From Craspedostauros australis (Eukaryota), in the NCBI GenBank assembly GCA_030167865.1, contig JALAGF010003725.1, positions 1 to 58,991 on the forward strand: 58,991 nucleotides of DNA, given 5' to 3'. The position numbers and the translations under genes were made by a program. Below the pieces are notes generated by a model. The model was given only the letters and a program-made list of their open reading frames with translations. It was not told the DNA's origin and ran no database searches. Shown here one piece after another: positions 11,460 through 20,988 of the stretch; the first letter of the stretch is position 1; each line of letters opens with the position of its first letter.

Positions 11460-14400
11460 TTACTTGGAGATATCAAGGAGCTTGCGGATGCTCTTCATCG
11501 TTTGGAACAGCGGTTGGCCAGGAGATTGCCTGACCTTGACATCATCATCGTCGTCGTCATGGGATTCTTCGTCGCTGTCCCTCTCCTGTTCCTTCTTCTC
11601 CCTTTCCAAGTCGCTCTGCAGGCCACGGATGAGAGTGTTGAGGGATGTTTCTGGTGCGTTTCCGCGAGATGGAGGAACTGTCAACGGAGTGGACTGATCC
11701 TCGAGGTCGGAATAGATGTTAACGTCATCGTCCGAACTCCCGCTCTGCTGTGTTTTGAACTCCGACGATTCGCGGTGAGTCGCCATGGCTTCATGATTCG
11801 ATTGACAACCCAACAAGTTCTTGTTTCTGTTGTTGGCGGCCACGTTGCGAGATCGTTGGAATGGAGTATCGCTCAACATCCTTGCCGATATGGCTCGGCG
11901 GAAGAGCGATCGTCCACTTGAACTTGGAGTTGCTGTGATCGGCTTGTTGTTGATCATGCTGGTGCTGTTGTTGTTGCTGTTGCTCGTGCTGTCAGTGGTG
12001 GCAATGTTGTCTTCCATGCTGACGTTGAGATCCTTCCCATCCATGTCATCACCGCTGTCATCCGAAGCTTCGTGTCGTGATGCCATCAACAACTTGGTGG
12101 TGGTCGCGGACAGTGCTGAACGCTGATGTCTGCGTGCCTTGGATCGAGTCGACTTATCTCCATCATTCTGTGCCGGTTCGGGAGACGCCAGATTCGATGA
12201 TCTATGCTGCGATCGCGACCGCAGAGGATCTCGGCGAGTTCCTGTGTTTGTGGTGGATGGCAAAGTGGAGGACTCGAGTTTGCTGTTGCTGCTGTTGTGT
12301 GCCATGTCGGCTGGTGGGTCGGTGGACTCCGCAGCGTGGAGTTTGCGTCTTGATCGCATCCTATCCGTGTTCCTGCGGTGGGATGGGTGGCTGCCACCGG
12401 AGTTTCCTGGTGATGGCGTCGAGACTCCTGAAGGAGATGAAAACTCCTTCGACGCATTTTCATCTCCGCTCGGATCATCTCCCACAGGACCATTCTTGTG
12501 GCCCATCAGTCCACGATTGGATGTCTGCCCCATGTGCCGTCGGATGCTCGTCATTTTTCGAAACACCATCGGCGTGCGTGGTGTGATGCACGCGCTCTCG
12601 CAGCTGATGGCGCGACGAGTTTGCTTGCCATTCGGTCCATTGTTTCGGCGAGCTGGGCGGATGCGATGAGTTTCTGGAGCGGATTTGTCCTTGTCGAGAT
12701 CGCCACCATCCCTGTCTTCTTGCGCGTCGTCCTTGGACTGTGCATCGCCGTCCTTTTCAGGACGAGCTGCGTCTGGAGAAAGCAAGGCGCCCCCGCTTCG
12801 CATATTGCTATCCATGCTGATGCGTCGCGTAAGTCGTCGATTGTTGCTGTTGTCGTTGCTGTTGCGAACCCAGTCGCGTTGCGCGCTTCTACCGCCGCCG
12901 CCATCTTCCTCCAATTCATCCGTGTTGCTTCTTGACAATGTCCCTTTACGTGAGCCACCACGACGTACTGCGGACGACTTGCGCTCCAGCCTGTTCTGCG
13001 ACGATAATGTAGAGGCTGAAGCTGAACCATCCTTCGCATTCGAATCGTTGGCATCATCTGCGTCACTATTCAACGAGTTGATGCTTTTGTTGTTGTAGTT
13101 GCTGCTGTAGCTGCTGTTGTTGGCGATGTTGCTGCTGCTGTTGTTGTTGCTGCTGATACTGTTGTGGTTGTTGGCGATGTTGCCATCATCCGTAGCATCG
13201 TTGCTCGCGCTGTTGTTGTTGTTGTTGAGATTCCTCCCCGCACGTCTGGTTCCTCTGCGTTCCTGACCAGACAACGATGCGGATGACAGCTTCTTCCTTT
13301 CGTTGCCATTACCGGGCGTGCGCGTGATCGCACGTTCCATATCATCATCGGAATGCACCGTCGGCTTTGAAGATGATTTGCTTTGGCGCCGGCTCGAAGA
13401 TCCCTTGCGCTCCAGACTTCGCATGGCGGATGGCTGCTTCTTGCGTTGAGATGATCTGGGCGACAGCAATTTATCATCCACGGTCGCGCTGTCGCCATGA
13501 TCGCCGGATGCCGCACGCGTCATGCGCCGTCCTGTTGAGGTCTTGCGATTCGATGTCCGCGTGCCGTTTGGCGATGTCATCTTTTCGTTCGACGTTGCGA
13601 CTGCTGTCGGTGACATCGCCGCGTCGACGTCGTTGTTCTCATCATCCGAAAGATTGACGTGCGATCCACCTCGCTGACCTCGGCGTGCTCCCGATGACTT
13701 GCGCTCCAGCGTCCCCCTAGTCGATGGGACTTTCCTGCGTTCGCTGGAGCCTGGCGATTTGAAGCTGTCGTTGCCATCGTTGACGACCTGATGCGCGCGG
13801 CCTGCTCGTCTGGATCCCTTGCGTTCCACGGGCTTGCGATCGTCGTTGGATGGTTTCTTGCCGCGGCGTCCACGCGAGTTGGACCGACTCGCGGCATCGC
13901 CATGATTGGATGGGTCGAGGGAGGAGGATGGTGGTTCTCGTGACTTGGCGCGCCTCGCGGATCGTGCCGATGCTGTGGTCTTGGCATCGCCGGATGGTTC
14001 GCGGGATCGCGCACGGCGTGATGCAGTTTCCGGATCCAGCGATGCCGACCGAGGCTTGCTGCGTCGCGATGACATGTCATTGGAGGATGGTGGATCGGCT
14101 CCCCTGCCACGACGCAACGCCGTTTCCGGATCCAAAGATGAATCTCGCGATCTGCGTCCCGCACGTCTGCGACCGGATCTGGTTGGCGTTTTTGGTTCAT
14201 CGGGCAAGAGGGAGGTGCTCCCGGTTGGCAGCATGGGTGCGGTGCTGGTGCTGGCCATCGAACCTCGAGCCGGACGTCGGCCTGCGGAATGCGATCGTCG
14301 CTTCGGCCTCGCGGAGTCTCGCGATGATCTGCGGTCAGTTTGCTGCTGCGCTGCTTTGGATGGGATTCTCCGAACAGACAACGTCGATGCAGGCAACATG

Positions 14401-15821
14401 GCTCCCGCTCCATTCGCATCAGAATCGGAGGCGATTGCCGTGGCAGCAGCAGATGCCGCCTGCTCCGCATTGCTTGCTGTGGAATTCCGACTCCAGCAGA
14501 TAACATGGTCCTGGATATGTTGTTTGTGCGTCTGCTGTCGTTGCTGTTGTTGTTGCGTCTGCTGTGCACCTGGTAGCGTGTCATCAGGACTGGCACCCTC
14601 CGCGTTTGCACCTGGCATGAAGAGATCGAGGTTGTTGGCTGAATGCGCTTGTTGTGAATTCGGCTCAGCCTGATCAGTGGAGGGTTGGTGCGCATGGTCT
14701 TCTTCCTTGCCGTTGGCGGGAGCTGGCACCGCATCAGCGTCCTTTTCGTCGACCGCATCCACATTGCCGCTGAGGAAGTTCTCCAACGTGGAGACATGCG
14801 CCTGTCCATTGGCACCGAACTGCAGCTGATATCCCGGTTCGTTGTAGATGGTGGCTGTGTCCACGGAATGGACGACGCTGATGGCATCGCTGGTCCTGTG
14901 AATGAGACGGGGCTGGTCGCCGTCCATGGTGTCCTGGGTCTCGCCCTTGTTGGTACCGCTGATGGCATCCCCTTGATCGTCCGCAGCACTGTTGCCGTGG
15001 CCCTGGTCCTCCTGCATCTTGAGCGCAGCAGGTGAGAAGAAATCCGTGCTCGCGTCATTGGAGGCTGTGCTTTGCTTCTGCTGATCATCGGCAGGCCTGG
15101 CACTGACCGCAAGCCTTTCATCGTTTCCGCCATCGTTCCCAATGGCACCGATGTTATCCGAATCGTCGTCATCGTCGTCGAAGCTTGCATGGCCCTTGTA
15201 TTCCGCGGCGTTGTAGTTGGCGAATGTGGTGTGCAGCGATCGTTTGTGAGATTCCAAGGTTTCCCTTGCCTTCCTGAAGATGGATGGGGGCTTGGTGATG
15301 TTGTCATCGTTGTCAATGTCAATGTCATTGCTATGGCTGTGGCTGTGGTTGCCATTTCCATTGTTGTTGCTGGTGCAGAGACCGAGACCAGTCGCTGCCT
15401 TGGTCCTCATGGGAGGCGTGAGTGGAACAGAAACGCCTGCAGATGCAGACGCAGACGCAGGTGTGGCCTCTGGAGATCGAGGAGCCGATTGGATTGCGGG
15501 CTGTATTCTGTTCATCATGGTGGTGGCAGAAGGCGTGGCAGCAGGCGTCCCGCTGGGATGCGGCTTGACAGACGTTGTCGATGTTGCTGGATTGGAGGCG
15601 GCAGGGGACGTAACGAAGCTGCCGATGGTGGAGGAGGAGGAGGACGAGACAGACGTCGCAGCCGTCCTGTTGGACAGCGTGAACTTCTCCGTGTAGGCGG
15701 CCGAGGAGTCGACGAGCAGAGGCGAGGCAAAGACGGACCTCCCGTCGCTCACGACCTCGTCCGGGAAGTACTTGGCCTCATTGCCGCGCTTGTCTCGGTG
15801 CCGTCTGTTCCAGAAGTCCAT
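11460..15821 (-). CDS. Large (1453 aa) intrinsically disordered Ser/Arg/Asn-rich protein, no recognised domain
   Basis: 4.36-kb uninterrupted ORF from an ATG, with coding microsatellites (poly-Q, poly-N, poly-D). The stop overlaps AA|GTAAGA, a possible donor, so a further 3' exon cannot be excluded. Confidence 0.85.
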   Translation of the reverse strand: MDFWNRRHRDKRGNEAKYFPDEVVSDGRSVFASPLLVDSSAAYTEKFTLSNRTAATSVSSSSSSTIGSFVTSPAASNPATSTTSVKPHPSGTPAATPSATTMMNRIQPAIQSAPRSPEATPASASASAGVSVPLTPPMRTKAATGLGLCTSNNNGNGNHSHSHSNDIDIDNDDNITKPPSIFRKARETLESHKRSLHTTFANYNAAEYKGHASFDDDDDDSDNIGAIGNDGGNDERLAVSARPADDQQKQSTASNDASTDFFSPAALKMQEDQGHGNSAADDQGDAISGTNKGETQDTMDGDQPRLIHRTSDAISVVHSVDTATIYNEPGYQLQFGANGQAHVSTLENFLSGNVDAVDEKDADAVPAPANGKEEDHAHQPSTDQAEPNSQQAHSANNLDLFMPGANAEGASPDDTLPGAQQTQQQQQRQQTHKQHIQDHVICWSRNSTASNAEQAASAAATAIASDSDANGAGAMLPASTLSVRRIPSKAAQQQTDRRSSRDSARPKRRSHSAGRRPARGSMASTSTAPMLPTGSTSLLPDEPKTPTRSGRRRAGRRSRDSSLDPETALRRGRGADPPSSNDMSSRRSKPRSASLDPETASRRARSREPSGDAKTTASARSARRAKSREPPSSSLDPSNHGDAASRSNSRGRRGKKPSNDDRKPVERKGSRRAGRAHQVVNDGNDSFKSPGSSERRKVPSTRGTLERKSSGARRGQRGGSHVNLSDDENNDVDAAMSPTAVATSNEKMTSPNGTRTSNRKTSTGRRMTRAASGDHGDSATVDDKLLSPRSSQRKKQPSAMRSLERKGSSSRRQSKSSSKPTVHSDDDMERAITRTPGNGNERKKLSSASLSGQERRGTRRAGRNLNNNNNSASNDATDDGNIANNHNSISSNNNSSSNIANNSSYSSNYNNKSINSLNSDADDANDSNAKDGSASASTLSSQNRLERKSSAVRRGGSRKGTLSRSNTDELEEDGGGGRSAQRDWVRNSNDNSNNRRLTRRISMDSNMRSGGALLSPDAARPEKDGDAQSKDDAQEDRDGGDLDKDKSAPETHRIRPARRNNGPNGKQTRRAISCESACITPRTPMVFRKMTSIRRHMGQTSNRGLMGHKNGPVGDDPSGDENASKEFSSPSGVSTPSPGNSGGSHPSHRRNTDRMRSRRKLHAAESTDPPADMAHNSSNSKLESSTLPSTTNTGTRRDPLRSRSQHRSSNLASPEPAQNDGDKSTRSKARRHQRSALSATTTKLLMASRHEASDDSGDDMDGKDLNVSMEDNIATTDSTSNSNNNSTSMINNKPITATPSSSGRSLFRRAISARMLSDTPFQRSRNVAANNRNKNLLGCQSNHEAMATHRESSEFKTQQSGSSDDDVNIYSDLEDQSTPLTVPPSRGNAPETSLNTLIRGLQSDLEREKKEQERDSDEESHDDDDDDVKVRQSPGQPLFQTMKSIRKLLDISK

Positions 15822-15847
15822 GGTGCTTCCTTCTGTCTTTGGCAGTG

Positions 15848-15911
15848 GCTGGTTTCAATGCTGGTCTCAATGCTGGTCTCAATGCTGGTCTCAATGCTGG
15901 TCTCAATGCTG
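15848..15911. repeat. 12-bp tandem repeat (GCTGGTCTCAAT) x~5.3 just upstream of the 1453-aa ORF
   Basis: Read directly from the sequence; first copy has one mismatch. Confidence 0.95.
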
Positions 15912-16939
15912 TTGTGGGAAGAGTTCGAGCCGATGACTTGATCGCTTGGCTTGATTGTCCCCCTTGGCTGGTTAGCTGGACTCTGTTCTGAGCCGCAATC
16001 GGACTGTCCTTGCTGTTGTGTTCAACTGCGGGCGAGCTTTCCTGCCTCTCCTTTGCAACCGCACGAGCATCAGCCTCCTTGCGTTGCTTCTTGCTATGGA
16101 GAGTGGAGATTGTGTTGTCCTGGTCGCTCCTCAATGTTGATGGTGTGGATACTGTTGTTTCTGTTGGACTTCCTCGGTTTCTTGGTCTCTCTGTTTGTGC
16201 CTGTTTGCGTGGACAAGTACGAGCACTCGGCTCGCTGCGGGTACTGCGACATCCACAACAACGCCGACGAGAACGATCCACAACTGCCTCAACGACACAA
16301 CGCTCCCAGCGCGTGGCTCCTTGTACCTGTGCCAGAATCCTGCTTCGTGCGGGTGAGAACGCACCACAGCGCTTTCTGATACGAGTCACGTTCTCTTTGT
16401 GCGAAACAACGACAAGACCGACGAGGAACAACACGCTCTGCGAACGCTGGTGCCGTTCTCCGAACAAGATCGCTCCCACAGCACGCGCAATGGCATCCCG
16501 CCTTCACTCGTGATCGATGGGTCAGTGACAATTATTGGTTCTGTCTCGCTTGTGTCAATCAATCCCAAATAATAAATAAAAAAGAGGCCCAACAAGTGAA
16601 GTCAGGTCGTAAACGCTCGTCGAACAAGCCCTCAAATGTGAGTCTCGTATGATTCATTCACGAGGATGGGGTCATGAGTAGACAACACCCGTGAATCAAT
16701 CGCTTCTTCGCGCCACAATTTGCAAAACCAAACAACAGATCTCTGCGGAGCGAGCAAGATGGGATGCGACCAGACCAAGAAGAAAGGAGGCGAAGCAGAT
16801 GGATGAACGCCATGGGGCTGGAGGCATGTTTTCATTGCAGACAGTTGTGCACACCACGAAGGCACACCACGAAGGCACACGACGCAAATGCTCATATATC
16901 CATACATGCACACATCGAGTGATCACTCAACGAGCAACC

Positions 16940-17530
16940 ATGACGACCACTCGCACCTTGTTGAGCCCCTACCTGCAGAAGGTGCACGACACCCTCACGG
17001 CTTCTCTCATGGCCATGGATTCCTCTGTGAACGACGCTGACGACGCTAACGACACCACCAAGAACAAGATCGCATCCTTCCCCATCCGTCCTCTCGTCGA
17101 AGGATACTCCTCCACCGACGCCTCCGCCAGCATCGACAGCGACGCCAACGCGAAGCTCGTCGCCAAGACCACGATCCCCCACGGCAACGACCACGACCAT
17201 TGCCTCGTGGAGACGTCGTCCAACTCCGTGCGCTGTTCCTTCCTCTTCAAGAAGTCCAGCGACCCCCTCGAGCGCGCCATCTGGAACAAGTACATCGCGC
17301 ACTTTCACAAGCATTCGGGCAAGTACCTCATCCTGCGTCGCAAGCCCGTGGAAGGCTACAGCACGTCCTTCCTCATCCTCAACGAGCATCTCGCGTCGCT
17401 GCCGGTGCCGCGCATCGTCGACACGATCGTCCACTTCGTGCAGGCCATCGATCGCGAATGCAACGCGGTCAAGCTAGATCTCAACGCGCAGACGCGGATG
17501 GTGGCCACGGAGTTCCTCAAGACATTCTGA
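16940..17530 (+). CDS. ARPC4: Arp2/3 complex subunit 4 (p20-Arc) homologue, divergent, 196 aa
   Basis: Starts [23 protein letters not shown] (human MTATLRPYLSAVRATLQAAL). Also [35 protein letters not shown] (human [22 protein letters not shown]) and C-terminal [27 protein letters not shown] (human [27 protein letters not shown]). Single exon. Confidence 0.93.
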   Translation: [196 protein letters not shown]

Positions 17531-17854
17531 TCGGCCATGCGCCGTGGTAGCATCGTTCGCAACCAAGTAGGATGCGCACCAACACCGCAGCCATGAGATG
17601 ATGTGGCAGACACAACCATCGCAGCGCGCATCCCGAGACTACATACAATACAATACAACGCAGAGTAGAGTAGAGTAAACTGTATTAGCGTCACATGGAA
17701 ACTACGTACAAACTAATATTATACCACTCCTGATGTGCTGAGTGGTGGGTGTCACAAGGCAATAAGAGTGATCGGAAGTCACGTTTGGTGTAGAGCGCGC
17801 TGCCATCGAATTCTGCGTCGACGTTGCTGCCGTGGCGCTGCTCGATCGCATATC

Positions 17855-20091
17855 TCACACCCACAGGAACGGTGCCAGTTCCGATGAGACTGCCCAACCC
17901 AGGGCACCAAACACCTTGTCGCAAGCATAGCCAGAAACGACCGGCACGACGAAGTTGTCATCCACGTGAAAGGGCGGGACACGGATTCCGCACACCTTGC
18001 TCGGCAACGTGAGAGTGGGCGTGGGAACTGCCAAATCAGCGAATGCTCCTGCAACGCCCAACGCGACGGATGCAAGCAGCAACGCAGAACGTCCGGCGGG
18101 CACCATCGATGCTGCGACGCCAGCTGCCGATGTTTTCGCCGCCGTCGATGCTGTGATCTTGGCAATCGACAGCAGACGATAGTTGAAAGGGACGCAAGCC
18201 AAGGCACCTCCCAGGAATCCCAGAATACCTTTATTTCGTCCGAGTCCGCCAAGCCCACTGCGATCATTCGTCAATTATCATTCGGATGTACAGTGCGGTA
18301 TGGCATGTTATGTCATGGTATTGTGTGATACGGTACGGCACGGCAGCACATGGCAGCACATCGAAGTTGATCGAATGCGCTCAGCGTGTGCAAGTTGGAA
18401 GTTGTGGATGGCGACAATTTAGGAAGTGGTGAGTTCTTGCATTGCCTGAATTTGTTTGCACCTTCATTTTCACCTTCAACAAAACTGAAATGCATGCGCA
18501 CTGCAGCAGCACAAGCAGCAACCATGGTACGTCAGAACAACTGGAAGGTCACTTACTTTCCAATCCTGGACCAGTAGACATGCCGCGTGCGACGGCCAAA
18601 GTAGCTGGCGGTTGGGTCGGCGATTGCCAATTGCAATATTCCGAGCGTGGCGCATGTTTTCGAATACAAGGCTGCCGTCGTCGTGACGCCGAGGAAGTAG
18701 TAGAAGGAACCGGTGAATTTGCCATCCATCTCGTGCTTGCGCAGACTGCTGCCAAGGACGAAGTGCAGGGTCTGGTTCATCCATCCGAATCCCTTGCGGT
18801 ATCGCAGCAGCTCCATGAGCAAGGTGGCCATGGTGAGAGTGGCCATGCCGGGAACGAACGTAGCTTTTGGCAGAAAATGATTGAGGCCGCAGAAGAACAT
18901 TCCGAAGGATGCATGCAGCACCTTTCTGCGCAGGTTGGTGTGATTGCGATTCTGTTCATCGTGTTGTTCGTCGTGGAATGTTGTTGGGACCAACCATCAA
19001 GTCGTCATTTGATTTGGATCATAATGGTGGTACATGTGCGGGTGCATATTTGTATTTGCGTTAGCATTTGAGTTTGCACGTTGTTTCATTTCCCATTTGG
19101 TCATTTGACGCAGGCGGCAGCATCCATGATGGAGCATGCGTGCGTTGGTTCATGAATTGATTGTGTGTGCAAAATACGATAGCGAGTACGATGGATGACG
19201 TGGGTGAGACGTGGGCATTTCATGGAATGATTCGTTTCTTGCACACGAATGATGCCATCTGCTGCACAACACAGGTCACATACATGCATGCATACATACA
19301 TGCTTGCACGCAACAACATTTCCATGTCCACCATGACTTTGTGTCAGGAAGGATCAACGTACCTTGAGTTTCTTCGCGATCGCCTTATGGCTCTTCCATC
19401 CTCGCCTCTTTGGCTCTTCCTGCAGTTGCACTTGCGCCTTCGTTTGGGTTTGCACCAGCGCCTGCGGTTGCATCTGCGTGCTGTGGCCACCTGCCAAATT
19501 GATGTTGCTCGATTCCGACGAATGCGCCTCTGCGTTGCTGTCGGCAGCCTTCGCCTGTGTCGCATGAATTGTCAGATCTGTGTTATTCGAGGATGGGCTG
19601 ACAACAGATGACTGCGGAACTGAGAGTATCTCCGTCGCGAGCGATGCGCTGACTGTATCCGTCGGCGACGTCTTCATCTTGGTGCTGCCTCCTCGGAACA
19701 GCGGCTCGTTGGATTGCGAGAAGGTCATCGGCGATGGCGATCCGCCGCCTCGCATCGACAAGGGGCTGGACGTTGTGCCGCGTCCCAGCAAAATGCCTGT
19801 GGAGGTCAGCCGGTCATGCCTCTGCTGCCTTGTGCTCATATCAGTGCTGTGTGCCAACATTGGGACACCGAATGGACCAGCCTGAGCGCGACCATGACCC
19901 TCGTGGCGGAAGCTGGATGCGGAGGTCGGGTAGGAGGAGGAAGTGCCAGCTGTCACGACCGCCAGCAGCGACACAGCAACCACCATGCGGAGGACATTCT
20001 GCTGCTGTTGCTTCGATTGCGCATGTGCCTGTGCGTTCGACCCGGCTGGCGGCGTTGCCATTGTCGTGGTCCTTGTCATGGTCCTTGTCAT
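17855..20091 (-). CDS. CTP-dependent lipid kinase (DGK1 / phytol / dolichol kinase family), 3 exons
   Basis: complement(join(17855..18257,18557..18951,19363..20091)); introns 18952..19362 (GTACGT..AACAG) and 18258..18556 (GTAAGT..CGCAG). Motifs RRKVLHASFG, LRKHEMDGKFTGSFYYFLG, IADPTASYFGR, NKGILGFLGG and HVDDNFVVPV are closest to yeast Dgk1. Start uncertain (20091, 20079, 20061 or later). Confidence 0.85.
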
Positions 20092-20988
20092 GGTCCTTGG
20101 ATGAGTACGAGTGGAGTCGCGTCGCAGTACTGGTATGTGACTTCTCTTTTCTTCGTTGGAGTTTGGCTTGGGAAGTTCCAATTGTGAGTTCTGTCGTGCA
20201 ATTCCGATTCGTTGGTGAGTTGTGTTGAGGTGAGGCGACGAATACGAATGATCCAATGCCCCTGAATTGACATGTGTGGTTGTTCCTCGTGTTCACGACG
20301 CGACGCTTGCATTGTTTACAATGTCGAGTTCTGGACTTTGGGAAGGACCTTGGCATTTTGGTGCAGGTTGCAGTCCATGGTTGAGATTTTGTTGTTGCGC
20401 GTGGACACGGTGAGCGAGATCGCGACACGTTTCTCCTGTCTCTCCCTATCACTATCTGTTTCAAATAGAAAGTAAGCATATAATAGATCGTAAAATCCCG
20501 ACAAACGCCAGGGATAACTCAAGAACACAATAGTTCCGTCACTCAGCTGCCGTCTGGTGTTTGTGCGCGGACTGCGACGACACATGGGGAGAAGCATTTT
20601 CATTGGTCATTTCAACGGACTTTCTCATTCAAGTCATGTTTATGTTCGACTCGTGTGACCAATCCATGTCGAGTTCGGCAGGAAGGACAGAGAACAGACG
20701 ACGCTTCACACATCACCAACCACCAAACCCGTCGCGAATTGATTCCAAAACAGGTGGAACAAGAGAGGAAGAAGGATCGGCAGAGAGCGGTGTTCTGTAG
20801 CTGCAACGACCACCACCATCATCATCGCAACTGCCACCATCATCATCACCGTCGTCAACACAGACCACACCTTCGTACATGCAACAACTTGCCTGACCGA
20901 GTTGACCAACATCAACATCAACATCAACAACAGGACAAGAGCAATAGAGAGTTAACGAGGGGAAGAGTATTGCTGGGAGCAAGACAAG

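Noticed and set aside
15848-15911. Tandem repeats as a CRISPR-like array
   Set aside because: Head-to-tail units with no spacers, no cas genes and a eukaryotic context. The same applies to every other repeat here.
13577-15941. Long alternative-frame and antisense ORFs (594 aa, 289 aa and others) over the 1453-aa gene
   Set aside because: Shadow ORFs of GC-rich, low-complexity coding sequence with no protein-like features.
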